Source of the DNA: Mustelus asterias
Lineage: Eukaryota
Direction: 5' to 3'
Assembly: GCF_964213995.1 (NCBI RefSeq)
Contig: NW_027590175.1
Location: forward strand, 62,001-126,000
DNA length: 64,000 nt
Shown: in pieces, positions 13,935 to 26,860 of the stretch
How positions within the stretch are numbered: position 1 is the first letter of the stretch
Layout of the letters: every line of letters begins with the position of its first letter
Notes under the pieces: generated by a model
Databases searched by the model: none
The model's input: only the letters and a program-made list of their open reading frames with translations
Told to the model about the DNA's origin: nothing
Translations under genes and position numbers: made by a program

Positions 13935-14802
13935 TATTCTGACAATATTGGTTTGTTTCTGCTGACATTAACAATCCCTACAACTGGAATTCTGCTTTAA
14001 TATTCTGAGATGTCACTGATTTTCAGGGCTGTTGTGTCCCCTTTTAAACGTACTATCTGTGATTTTTTTTTTGTTTTATTCAGGAACTTGTTTATAATAC
14101 ATTTTCCTTCAATCTGAAATTGACATTTGGTACAAACTACAATTCAGTGTCTGAAAGATTCCACTGATTAAGATTTCCAATGAGAAAATGCTGACAATTC
14201 TTACTGACTTACACATTCTTCACAGTGACACTTCCACGATCACATTTAATTATCAAGGAACATAAAACAATGCACAGATACTTGTTGGTACTGAACTTGA
14301 ATATTGCTGACAAGAGAGACATGTTGCTGAATCTTTTCAGCATGCACTCATCAGGACAAACGGAAGAATGCCAAATTTTAAATGATTGCAATTTATACTA
14401 CAGGAGAAAAGGGTGCTAATTGGTGGACTCTCATTGACTTGAAGCTTTGCCATGGAGAAACCAATAGGAGACTGTAGGTTTCTCAAGCTTCTGGGAAATT
14501 CAAAAAAGGTGCAAGGCTTTTGTTTGCAGGGAAAGGATCGCTGCGTATGTATGTATGTCACTTCTCGCAAATATAACTGAGCCGTATTATGAACTCGACT
14601 GATTATCTTCAATTGATTGAGTGTAGCTATTGGCACACTCAGGATTGTTCAGCAAGTGCTGCCCAATCTGTAATCACAGTAAACATTGTATTTTTGGTTT
14701 TGTGAGTGTGGGCTGCTGAAAAGGAAATCACGACCCATTATGAACAAATCAAGGAATATGCTGTTTTATTCTGTCAGCCATTTACTGGGCGAGCCGGCAC
14801 TG

Positions 14803-17398
14803 TAATGTTCACCATTTTATATTCAAATCTGGGGGGGATAATGTTCACTGTTTTATATTCGGGTCTGAGTGGGATAATGTTCACTGTTTTATATTCGGGT
14901 CTGGGGGGGATAATGTTCACTGTTTTATATTCGGGTCTGGGGGATAATGTTCACTGTTTTATATTCGGGTCTGGGGGGGATAATGTTCACTGTTTTCTAT
15001 TCGGGTCTGGGGAATAATGTTCACTGTTTTATATTCGGGTCTGGGGGATAATGTTCACTGTTTTATATTCGGGTCTGGGAGATAATGTTCATTGTTTTAT
15101 ATTTGGGTCTGGGGGGGATAATGTTCACTGTTTTATATTCGGGTCTGGGGGATAATGTTCACTGTTTCATATTCGGGTCTGGGGGTGATAATGTTCACTG
15201 TTTTATATTCGGGTCTGGGGGGGATAATGTTCACTGTTTTATATTCGGGTCTGGGGGATAATGTTCACTGTTTTATATTCGGGTCTGGGGGGGATAATGT
15301 TCACTGTTTTATATTCGGGTCTGGGGGGATAATGTTCACTGTTTTATATTCGGGTCTGGGGGGGATAATGTTCACTGTTTTATATTCGGGTCTGGGGGTG
15401 ATAATGTTCACTGTTTTATATTCGGGTCTGGGGGATAATGTTCACTGTTTTATATTCGGGTCTGGGGGATAATGTTCACTGTTTTATATTCGGGTCTGGG
15501 GGATAATGTTCACTGTTTTATATTCGGGTCTGGGGGGGATAATGTTCACTGTTTTATATTCGGGTCTGGGGGGGGATAATGTTCACTGTTTTATATTCGG
15601 GTCTGGGGGGGATAATGTTCACTGTTTTATATTCGAGTCTGGGGGGGATAATGTTCACTGTTTTATATTCGGGTCTGGGGGAGAATGTTCACTGTTTTAT
15701 ATTTGGGTCTGGGGGATAATGTTCACTGTTTTATATTCGGGTCTGGGGGTGATAATGTTCACTGTTTCATATTCGGGTCTGGGGGTGATAATGTTCACTG
15801 TTTCATATTCGGGTCTGGGGGGGATAATGTTCACTGTTTTATATTCGGGTCTGGGGGGGATAATGTTCATTGTTTTATATTCGGGTCTGGGGGGGATAAT
15901 GTTCACTGTTTTATATTCGGGTCTGGGGGGGATAATGTTCACTGTTTTATATTCGGGTCTGGGGGATAATGTTCACTGTTTTATATTCGGGTCTGGGGGA
16001 TAATGTTCACTGTTTTATATTCGGGTCTGGGGGATAATGTTCACTGTTTTATATTCGGGTCTGGGGGTGATAATGTTCACTGTTTCATATTCGGGTCTGG
16101 GGGTGATAATGTTCACTGTTTCATATTCGGGTCTGGGGGGGATAATGTTCACTGTTTCATATTCGGGTCTGGGGGGGATAATGTTCATTGTTTTATATTC
16201 GGGTCTGGGGGGGATAATGTTCACTGTTTTATATTCGGGTCTGGGGGGGAGAATGTTCACTGTTTTATATTCGGGTCTGGGGGATAATGTTCACTGTTTT
16301 ATATTCGGGTCTGGGGGATAATGTTCACTGTTTTATATTCGGGTCTGGGGGGGATAATGTTCACTGTTTCATATTCGGGTCTGGGGGTGATAATGTTCAC
16401 TGTTTTATATTTGGGTCTGGGGGATAATGTTCACTGTTTTATATTCGGGTCTGGGGGGGATAATGTTCACTGTTTCATATTCGGGTCTGGGGGTGATAAT
16501 GTTCACTGTTTTATATTTGGGTCTGGGGGATAATGTTCACTGTTTTATAGTCGGGTCTGGGGGGGATAATGTTCACTGTTTTATATTCGGGTCTGGGGGG
16601 GATAATGTTCACTGTTTTATATTCGGGTCTGGGGGATAATGTTCACTGTTTTATATTCGGGTCTGGGGGGGTGATAATGTTCACTGTTTTATATTCGGGT
16701 CTGGGGGGGGATAATGTTCACTGTTTTATATTCGGGTCTGGGGGTGATAATGTTCACTGTTTTATATTCGGGTCTGGGGGGGATAATGTTCACTGTTTTA
16801 TATTCGGGTCTGGGGGGGATAATGTTCACTGTTTTATATTCGGGTCTGGGGGATAATGTTCACTGTTTTATATTCGGGTCTGGGGGGGGGATAATGTTCA
16901 CTGTTTTATATTCGGGTCTGGGGGGGGATAATGTTCACTGTTTTATATTCGGGTCTGGGGGTGATAATGTTCACTGTTTTATATTCGGATCTGGGGGATA
17001 ATGTTCACTGTTTTATATTCGGGTCTGGGAGGGATAATGTTCACTGTTTTATTTTCGGGTCTGGGGGGGATAATGTTCACTGTTTTATATTCGGGTCTGG
17101 GGGATAATGTTCACTGTTCTTTATTCGGGTCTGGGGGGGATAATGTTCACTGTTTTATATTCGGTCTGGGGGATAATGTTCACTGTTTTATATTCGGGTC
17201 TGGGGGAGATAATGTTCACTGTTTTATATTCGGGTCTGGGGGATAATGTTCACTGTTTTATATTCGGGTCTGGGGGGATAATGTTCACTGTTTTATATTC
17301 GGGTCTGGGGGGGAAAATGTTCACTGTTTTATATTTGGGTCTGGGGGGGATAATGTTCACTGTTTTATATTCGGGTCTGGGAGATAATGTTCACTGTC
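14803..17398. repeat. Minisatellite, roughly 70-75 copies of ataatgttcactgttttatattcgggtct(G)n, 34-38 bp
   Basis: Direct reading; no unique spacers; copy number estimated from length. Confidence 0.97.
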
Positions 17399-18725
17399 TG
17401 GGGTTTGTGAGCTCGGGTTGATTCTGCCTACGGTGCATTCTCGGTTATCAGAGCTCTCATTAAAAGCCCTAATTTCCAGTCAGTGACTGAGTTGTCTCTG
17501 ATGGGATGGAGAATCAGAGTGGGGGTAATGTGCTTCATGGACAGCGATGGGTGGGAGTGAGTATTAAATAAACCAGGACTACACCAAGTAATTTTGAGAA
17601 CATTGAAACCATCACAAAATATCACAGCATCATGTTGGAAAACAGAATACTTTATCTGAATCTTTGATCAATTTTGTTTGATTCAATATTGTGAGTGACT
17701 TGTTGGATTGCTGGTTATTTTCTAAAGGCAGCTCAGCACCATCATTTTGACCATCAACTCGGCCCTGGTAACTGCTGTTTTTTCTCTGTACCTTCTGTTT
17801 TAATTTTAAGTGGAACCTTAATATTTGCTTGGTCCACCAGCCGATTGATCTTTCCAGGGGTGTGTGTCTGAGAAATATACAACGAAAAACATTCTCTATT
17901 TACCTCCTGCATTGCTGCAGTAAATATACATTGTTCTGACTCTGCCAGCAGGGCTGTGGAATTAATTGGATCGATCTTAAAGAGAGCCCGGCTGGGCAGG
18001 ATAGAGTCACAGAGGTTTACAGCATGGAAACGTGAGCCAAATGGTTTCCATCTGTGATGTATCATTGCATAAAACAGAATATTCAGTCTCAGGAGAAAGA
18101 AAGTGAAATAAACCAGTTTCTGGGGGATTTACCCAATCAGTATGAGCACCTTCAGGAGAGCAGAGAGGGGGGGGAGGGGGGAAACCAGTGAGAAATGTTT
18201 TAAAAACTCGGGGTATTCCCACAGGAGAGCACTGGTTTAAATCAATTTTAGAAATAGAGAATGGCAGTGCACAAATTCAGAGGAATGTATTTTTAAAAAT
18301 TAATTGATCTCAATTGCACAAGATAATTTTCTAATATGTCTTTGATTGACAATGGCGCTGTTAATTCCCAGGTGCCCCTGCGGTTGTGAACGTGCCCTAT
18401 TCTTCCGGTGAAGCGGGCAGAGAGGGGAGTGATTTTTGGAGGGCAGAACTGGAAGATAAGCTGAATTTATTTTTACTTACTTTTTTCGGAGTTGTTTTTT
18501 TCCTGAGAAACAGGAAACCGGAAGTCAGCCGTAGGGAGACCTGGGACGGTTTTTTTTTGCCCACTAAATTTGAACGGGGAGGTAACCCGAGACTCTACAC
18601 GTGTAGAGTCTCCCACCCTCCCTCCTCCTCTAACCTAAAAAAAAGACTCGGTGTGAGAGCAGGTGAGCTTTCTTTTTCTTTTTCTTCTTTTCTCTTTCGT
18701 TTATTAGTTCGGGAAGTTAGCAGGG

Positions 18726-19649
18726 ATGTCAGTGCAGGCAGTGCAATGTTCCTCCTGTGGGATGTGTGAGGTGAGGGACACCATTAGTGTCCCAGCTGAG
18801 TACACCTGCAGGAAGTGCACCCAATTCCAGCTCCTTGAAGACCGTGTTAGGGATCTGGAGCTGGAACTGGATGAACTCAGGATCATTCGGGAGGCAGAGA
18901 CAGTTATAGATAAAAGCTACAGGGAGGTTCATACTCCTAGGAATGAGGATACTTGGGTGACTGTTAGAAAGGGTAAGAAGCAGACAGTGCAGCGATCCCC
19001 TGTGGCCGTTCCTCTGTATAACAAGTATACCGTTTTGGATACTGTTGGGGAGGGCGACTTACCAGGGGTAAGCCATGGGGTACAGATCTCTGGCACAGAG
19101 TCTGTCCCTGTTGCTCAGAAGGGAAAGGGGGGGAGGAGTAGAGCATTAGTCATTGGGAACTGCATAGTTAGGGGGACAGATCGGAGATTCTGTGAGAGCG
19201 AGAGGGACTCGCGGCTGGTGTGTTGCCTCCCAGGTGCCAGGGTCTTTGATGTCTCGGATCGTGTTTTCAAGATCCTTAAGGGGGAAGGGGACCAGCCCCA
19301 AGTTGTGGTCCACACAGGCACCAATGACATAGGTAGGAAAAGAGATGGGGATGTAAGGCAGAAATTCAGGGAGTTAGGGTGGAAGCTTAGAGCGAGAACA
19401 AATAGAGTTGTTATCTCTGGTTTGTTACCCGTGCCACGTGCTAGTGAGGAGAGGAATAGGGAGAGAGAGCAGTTGAACACGTGGCTACAGGAATGGTGCA
19501 GGAGGGAAGGATTTAGATACCTGGATAATTGGCGCTCATTCTGGGGTAGGTGGGACCTCTACAAACGGGATGGTCTTCACCTGGACCAGAGGGGTACTAA
19601 TATCCTGGGGGGGAAATTTGCTAATGCTCTTCGGGAGGGTTTAAACTAA
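18726..19649 (+). CDS. CR1 ORF1: Cys zinc finger, leucine zipper, SGNH-esterase-like domain
   Basis: CSSC...CRKC, heptad Leu repeat, IGNCIVRG (GDS position), HTGTND, DGLHL. Confidence 0.85.
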   Translation: MSVQAVQCSSCGMCEVRDTISVPAEYTCRKCTQFQLLEDRVRDLELELDELRIIREAETVIDKSYREVHTPRNEDTWVTVRKGKKQTVQRSPVAVPLYNKYTVLDTVGEGDLPGVSHGVQISGTESVPVAQKGKGGRSRALVIGNCIVRGTDRRFCESERDSRLVCCLPGARVFDVSDRVFKILKGEGDQPQVVVHTGTNDIGRKRDGDVRQKFRELGWKLRARTNRVVISGLLPVPRASEERNREREQLNTWLQEWCRREGFRYLDNWRSFWGRWDLYKRDGLHLDQRGTNILGGKFANALREGLN

Positions 19650-22525
19650 TTCGGCAGGGGGGTGGGAACCTGGATTTCTGCTCCAGTGTACAGGAGGATG
19701 TGAGTGGTGAGGTGATGAATAAGATTTCAAGGTCGCAGGAGTGTACCGGCAGGCAGGAAGGTGCTTTGAAGTGTGTCTACTTCAATGCCAGGAGCATCCG
19801 GAATAACGTGGGTGAACTTGCAGCATGTGCTGGTACCTGGGACTTCGATGTTGTGGCCATTTCGGGGACATGGATAGAGCAGGGACAGGCATGGTTGTTG
19901 CAGGTTCCGGGGTTTAGATGTTTCAGTAAGATCAGGGAAGGTGGTAAAAGAGGAGGAGGTGCGGCATTGTTAGTCAAGGACAGTATTACGGTGGCAGAAA
20001 GGATGTTTGATGAGGACTCGTCTACTGAGGTAGTATGGGCTGAGGTTAGAAACAGGAAAGGAGAGGTCACCCTGATGGGAGTTTTCTATAGGTCTCCGAA
20101 AAGTTCCAGAGATGTAGAGGAAAAGATTGCAAAGATGATTCTGGATAGGAGCGAAAGTAACAGGGCAGTTGTTATGGGGGACTTTAACTTTACAAATATT
20201 GACTGGAAATGCTATAGTTCGAGTACTTTCGATGGGTCAGTTTTTGTCCAATGTGTGCAGGAGGGTTTGCTGACACAGTATGTAGATAGGCCAACAAGAG
20301 GCGAGGCCACATTGGATTTGGTACTGGGTAATGAACCAGGCCAGGTGTTAGATTTGGAGGTAGGTGAGCACTTTGGTGATAGTGACCACAATTCGGTTAC
20401 GTTTACTTTAGCAATGGAAAGGGATAGGTATACACCGCAGGGCAAGTATTATAGCTGGGGGAAAGGAAATTATGATGCGATTAGGCGAGATTTAGGATGC
20501 ACAGGATGGGGAAGAAATCTGTAGGGGATGGGCACAATTGAAATGTGGAGCTTGTTCAATGAACAGCTACTGCGTGTCCTTGATAAGTATGTACCTGTCA
20601 GGCAAGGAGGTAGTGGTCGAGCGGGGGAACCGTGGTTTACTAAAGAAGTTGAATCTCTTGTGAAGAGGAAGAAGGAGACTTATGTAAAGATGAGACGTGA
20701 AGGCTCAGTAAGGGCGCTTGAGAGTTACAAGTTCGCCAGGAAGGAGCTGAAGAGAGAGCTAAGAAGAGCCAGGAGGGGACATGAGAAGTCTTTGGCAGGT
20801 AGGATCAAGGAAAATCCTAACGCTTTCTACAGGTATGTCAGGAATAAAAGAATGACTAGGGTAAGATTAGGGCCAGTCAAGGACAGTAGTGGGAAGTTGT
20901 GCGTGGAGTCTGAAGAGATAGGAGAGGCGCTAAATGAATATTTTTCGTCAGTATTCACACAGGAAAAAGACAATGTTGTCGAAGAGAATACTGAGATACA
21001 GGCTATTGGACTAGACGGGATTGAGGTTCATAAGGAGGAGGTGTTAGCAATTCTGGAAAGTGTGAAAATAGATAAGTCCCCTGGGCCGGATGGGATTTAT
21101 CCTAGCATTCGCTGGGAAGCTAGGGAGGAGATTGCCGAGCCTTTGGCTTTGATTTTTATGTCATTGTCTACAGGAATAGTGCCAGAAGACTGGAGAATAG
21201 CAAATGTTGTCCCCTTGTTCAAGAAGGGGAGTAGAGACAACCCTGGTAATTATAGACCAGTGAGCCTTACTTCTGTTGTGGGCAAAGTTTTGGAAAGGAT
21301 TAGAAGAGATAGGATTTATAATCATCTAGAAATTAATAATTTGATTAGGGATAGTCAGCACGGTTTTGTGAAGGGAAGGTCGTGCTTCACAAACCTTATT
21401 GAGTTCTTTGAGAAGGTGACCAAAGAGGTGGATGAGGGTAAAGCAGTTGATGTGGTGTTTATGGATTTAAGTAAAGCATTTGATAAAGTTCCCCACGGTA
21501 GGCTATTGCAGAAAATACGGAGGCATGGGATTGAGGGTGATTTTGAGATTTGGATCAGAAATTGGCGAGCTGTAAGAAGACAGAGGGTGGTGGTTGATGG
21601 GAAATGTTCATCCTGGAGTTCAGTTACTAGTGTACCGCAAGGATCTGTTTTGGGGCCACTTTTGTTTGTCATTTTTATAAATGGTCTGGATGAGGGCGTA
21701 GAAGGATGGGTTAGTAAATTTGCGGATGACACTAAAGTCGGTGGAGTTGAGGACAGTGGAAGGATGTTGCAGGTTACAGAGGGACATAGATAAGCTGCAG
21801 TGCTGGGCTGAGAGGTGGCAAATGGAGTTTGATGTGGAAAAGTGTGAGGTGATTCACTTTGGAAGGAGTAACAGGAATACAGAGTACTGGGCTAATGGTA
21901 AGATACTTGGTAGTGTGGATGAGCAGAGAGATCTCGATGTCCATGTGCATAGATCCCTGAAAGTTGGCACCCAGATTGATAGGGTTGCTAAGAAGGCGTA
22001 CAGTGTGTTAGCTTTTATTAGAAGAGGGATTGAGTTTCGGAGCCATGCTGTCATGTTGCAGCTGTACAAAACTCTGGTGCGGCCGCACTTGGACTATTGC
22101 GTACAGTTCTGGTCGCCGCATTATAGGAAGGATGTGGAAGCATTGGAAAGGGTGCAGAGGAGATTTACCAGGATGTTGCCTGGTATGGTGGGAAGGTCTT
22201 ATGAGGAAAGGCTGAGTGACTTGAGGCTTTTTTCGTTGGAGAGAAGAAGTTTAAGAGGTGACTTAATAGAGGCATTCAAGATGATCAGAGGATTAGATAA
22301 GTTGGACAGTGTAAGCCTTTTTCCTCGGATGATGATGGCTAGCACGAGGGGGCATAGCTTTAAATTGAGGGGTGATAGATATAGATCAGATGTCAGAGGT
22401 AGGTTCTTTACTCAGAGAGTAGTAAGGGTGTGGAATGCCTGCCTGCAACAGTAGTGGACTCGTCAACATGAAGGGCATTTAAAGGGTCATTGGATAAACA
22501 TATGGATGAGATTGGAATAGTGTAG
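19640..22525 (+). pseudogene. CR1 ORF2 (APE endonuclease + RT), disrupted
   Basis: NARS, GDFN, SDH endonuclease motifs; [27 protein letters not shown] motifs; in-frame TAG 20522-20524, frameshifts near 21750 and near the 3' end. Confidence 0.9.
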
Positions 22526-22614
22526 GTTGGATGGGTTTAGATTCGTTTCACAGGTCGGTGCAACATTGAGGGCCGAAGGGCCTGTACTGCGCTGTAATGT
22601 TCTATGTTCTATAG

Positions 22615-23025
22615 TCATTCCACAGGAGCCTATTGCGCAGGCGCAGTGCTGTATCTGGGGCATGCGCAGTGTCACTGCTCAGAGTCCTGAATGCGGGAGA
22701 CGCTTTTTTCAGCGGGTGAGTCGGTTGGGCTGCGGGAGAAGTGGAGCCGGGAGTTGGGGTAGGGAGGGAGCGAGCGGAGGCTTCACAAACATCCGCTGTA
22801 GGCTGCACGGCCCGAATCAGACCCTGCAGGTCCCGGGTTTACAGCTCCCAGGCTTTTATCTCGGGAACAGGCCCCGGTTATCGGCCGCCATCTTGTTTCA
22901 GCGGGGAAGGAGGGCACATGCGCTGCTGTCTGTGACGGGTCACAATGGGCGTGGTTTCGGGGGCTGGTTCAGAACCTCTATCTTCAGAGGGACAATAGGT
23001 AGCAGGGCGCATGCGCAGCTATCCA
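22615..23025 (+). promoter_or_regulatory. CpG promoter and first exon of ZNF copy D
   Basis: NRF1-like tgcgcaggcgca and gcatgcgca, YY1 gccgccatcttg, donor cgg|gtgagt at 22716. Confidence 0.7.
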
Positions 23026-23361
23026 AGAACATCGGAATAAGAATTCGAAACAGGAGCCCGTCATTCGGCCCATCGAGCCTGCTGCATCATTCAATAAGAT
23101 CATGTCTACTTTGCTACCCCCAGCCCGTCCATACCCTTAACTCTCTTGTGGATCAAAACCTCAGCTTTGAATATATTCAATGACCTGCCTCCAATCCTCA
23201 CTGGTGAAGACAGAGTTCCAAAGATCAACAACCCGCTGAGAGAAAAGATCTCTCTTCATCTTCATCTTAAATTTGAGATCCTTTATTTTTACTTGATTCC
23301 CACACCTGAGGAAACATCCTCTCAGCATCTACCTTGTCAAGCACCTTATATCATATGAATC

Positions 23362-23657
23362 ACAGAATCCCTACAGTGCAGAAGCAGGCCATTTGGCCCA
23401 TCGAGTCTGTGCCGACCACAATCCCACCCAAGCCCCATCCCCACAACCCCATGCATTTGACACGAGGGTCAATTTAGCATAGCCAATCCACCGAACCACA
23501 GTCTTTGGACTGTGGGAGGAAACCAGAGCACCTGGAGGAAACCCACACAGACAGTGCACAGAAAATGTGCAAACTCCACACAGACAGTGACCCAAGGCCG
23601 GAATTGAACCTGGGACCCTGGCGCTGTGAGGCAGCAGTGCTCGCCACCGTGCCGCCC
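23362..23657 (-). mobile_element. HE1 SINE (tail A) nested in a minus-strand CR1 3' fragment (~23045-23810)
   Basis: HE1 head, V-domain and tail; CR1-like sequence on both sides. Confidence 0.85.
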
Positions 23658-24212
23658 TTAAATTCCCAGATATTTCAATAGGATTACTTCTCAGTGTTCA
23701 AAACTCCAAAGAGTACAGGCCCAAGCTGCTCAACCTGAAAGATAAAACTCCTCATTTCAGGAATCAACCAACTGGATCTTCTCTGAACTGCCTCCACTGC
23801 AATTTTGTCCCAGCTAAAGTAATTCTGTGCCAGGTTAAAGGAGGAGGGAATGTTTGGAATTTCTGTTCTGGACAGATGCTGATGGATTTTGGAAACTCCC
23901 TTTACAGGGGGTTAGAAGGGAAAGATTTACACACAGCAAACTCCGACCAAAAGAAATGTTTGTCTGTCTTGAATTTCTAACCTTGAATTACACCTATAAC
24001 TTTCCTCATTTACAGGGACAAGATTTGAAGATTGCAACATTTTTCCCGGACACCAATCTCTCTGAGATCTTTGCAGATGTAGACTCCAGCGGATTTAAAA
24101 TGTTGAAAACAGTGAAATGGTTTTGGGGTGAGTGCTACTGAGCATTAAGTTAAATTTAGAGCATGCTCTGATTCCATGGATCTCGGGCTACTGTGACTCC
24201 TTTACCATGGAT

Positions 24213-24428
24213 GAGGAGGCAATGGTGCAGTGATAGTGTGATTGGATTAGTAATACAGGGATCCAGGGCAATGCACTGTGAACCCTGAGTTCGAATCTCA
24301 CAGTGGCAGATGTTGAAATTTGAATTCAGTAAAAATCTAGAATTAGAACTCCATTGATGACAATTGTTGTAAAAATCCATCTGATTTAATAATGTCCTTT
24401 AAAGAAGGAAATCTACCACATCTACCAC
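24213..24428 (+). mobile_element. SINE family 2, diverged and interrupted by a CR1
   Basis: Homology to 40228-40440. Confidence 0.65.
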
Positions 24429-25180
24429 GGTGGTGACATTCACGAGGGGTCATAGGTTCAAGGTGAAGGGGGGGAGGTTTAACACAGATATCAGAAGGAC
24501 ATATTTTACACAGAGGGTCGTGGGGGCCTGGAATGTGTTGCCGGGCAAGGTGGTGGAGGCGGACACACTGGGAACGTTTAAGACTTATCTAGACAGCTAT
24601 ATGAACGGAGTGGGAATGGAGGGATACAAATGAGTGGTCTCGTTTGGACCAGGGAGCGGCACGGGCTAATTGTTCCTTGTTTCTCGTTTCAAGGCTTCAT
24701 TCTATGATCATCTTGCTGGTGCCAGTACAGAGCGAGACTGCGGATAGTTGGGAACCTGTCTCGGGGGCAGGGAATTCATATGGTGTTCGTGGAAGTGGAA
24801 ATGAATAGGGTTGGGAAGCATTTTCCGATCAGGGCCAGTGTGATCTCCTGGACTCGTTTCGATCGCCTCAGGGGGTCGGAGAGGAATTTCCCAGATTTGT
24901 TTTTTCCCCATATTGGCCCTGGGGTTTTCACTCTGGGTTTTCGCCTCTCCCTGGAGATCACATGGTCTGGAATGGGGGGGTGGGGGTGAGTTCATAGGTT
25001 GTGATGAACAAAGCATCATAGCTGTGAGGGACAGCTCGGTGGATAGGATATTGGTATGTAGATAGGCTGGAAAATTGGGCGGGGATCCTGGATTCAGGAT
25101 TCAATCCTGGACCGGGGAGCGGCGCGGGCTTGGAGGGCCGAAGGGCCTGTTCCTGTGCTGTATTGTTCTTTGTTCTTTTG
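24429..25180 (+). mobile_element. CR1 3' fragment with a long (~530 nt) 3'UTR
   Basis: TRGHRFKV...FTQRVVGAWN ORF2 end; tail gggccgaagggcctgttcctgtgctgtattgttcttt. Confidence 0.8.
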
Positions 25181-25257
25181 TTTATCCCCCAGCAATGCAA
25201 ACCACTCAGTTCAAGGGCAATGAGTTATGGGCAGTAGATGCTGATGCAGCCAGCGCA

Positions 25258-26860
25258 CAGAGTCACAGAGCAATACAGCACGGAAACAGGCCCTTAGGCC
25301 CAACTGATCCATGCCAACCATGGTGCCCTCCCAGCTAGTCCCAATTGCCCGTGTTTGGCTCATGAATTGGAAAGGATTAGAGGGATATGTACTTATCCAA
25401 ATGCTTTTTAAATGTTTAAACCTGCTGTTTGAACATTCAACCACTTTCTCTGGCAGCTCATTCCATGTACACACCACCCTCTGCATGAAGAAGTTGTCCC
25501 TCAGGTCCCTTTTAATCTTTCCCCTCTCATATTAAATCTATGCCCTCTAGTTTTCAATTCCCCGACCCTGGCAAAAAGACAATGTGGGTTCATCCTATCT
25601 ATGCCCCCCATTATTTAATACACCTCAATATAGTTACCCCACATTCTCCTACATTCGAAGGAATAAAGCCCTCGCCTGTCCAACCTCTCGCGATCACTCA
25701 GGCCCATTAGTCCCGGCAACATCCTCATAAATCTTCTTTGCACTCTTTCCAGTTTATCAATGTCTTTCCTATAACAGGGTTACAAAAACTGTACACAATA
25801 CTCCAAGTGCAGCCTCACCAACGACTCATACAACGATAACATAATGTCCCAACTCCTATACTCAGTGCCCTGACTGATGAAGGCCAGTGTGCTAAATGCC
25901 TTCTTCACCACTCTGTCTACCTGTGACATCACTTTCAACGAACGATATACTTGTACTCCTGGGTTCCTCTGTTCCTCAACACTCCCCAGGGCCTTACCAT
26001 TCACTGTATAAGTCCTACCCTGGTTTGACTTTCCAAAATGCAACACTCACACTTAAGACCATAAGACATAGGAGCAGAATTAGGCCACTTGGCCCATCGA
26101 GTCTGCTCCGCCATTCAATCATGGCAGATATTTTTCTCATCCCCATTCTCCTGCCTTTTTGCCATCACCCCTGATCCCCTTATTAATCAAGAACCTATCT
26201 ATCTCTGTCTTAAAGACAGTCAATGACCCGGCCTCCACAGCCTTCTGCGGCAAAGAGTTCCACAAATTCCCCACTCTCTGGCTGAAGAAATTCCTCCTTA
26301 TCTCTGTTTTAAAGGATCGTCCCTTTAGCCTGAGGTTGTGCCTCTGTGCTCTGTATTATTTGTACTGAAATCCATTTGCCAATCATCGGCCCACTTCCTT
26401 AACCGATCAACTGATGAAGATCCCCCTGTATATATATATATTTCCAGACGTCTCTTCCCTCAGAGGGCTGTTAGTCTTTTGGATTTCTCTTCTACAGGGA
26501 CCAGTGGAGGCTGAGGATCATTGAATATATTCCAGTTAGACAGATCTTTGACTGACAAGGGTGTCAAGGGTTATGGGGAACAGACAAGAAGATGGAGCAA
26601 AAGCTAAGATGTGGGGGGATTTCTTCACTCAAGGATGTGGTAAAGCTTTGGAATTCTCAATCCCTGAGGACAGTGAAACCTCAGTCATCAACTACTTTCA
26701 AGAGAGAGATTGATTGGTTTCTAGATATTGAGGATATCAAGGGATATGGGTTTAGTGTGGGGAGAATGATGCTGAGGTAGATGAACAAATTATCTCATTG
26801 AATAGTTTAAAAGGCTCGATGAGCCAAATAGCCGACTGCAGCTCCTATTTGTTATGGTCT
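25258..26860. mobile_element. Cluster of truncated CR1 3' fragments (minus 25258-26048 and 26050-26350; plus ~26445-26860)
   Basis: [17 protein letters not shown] and FSQRV-type motifs; typical CR1 tails. Confidence 0.8.

Larger units (their letters stand above)
18401..22612 (+). mobile_element. Near full-length CR1 (HER1-like) LINE
   Basis: 5'UTR, ORF1, ORF2 (APE + RT), tail gggccgaagggcctgt...(tgttcta)n; ctat at both 18397-18400 and 22609-22612. Confidence 0.92.

Noticed and set aside
14803-17398. CRISPR-like 36 bp repeats, and the MFTVLYSGLGG / DNVHCFIFGSGG ORFs
   Set aside because: No unique spacers, no cas genes, eukaryotic context; the ORFs are repeat translations broken by G-run length changes
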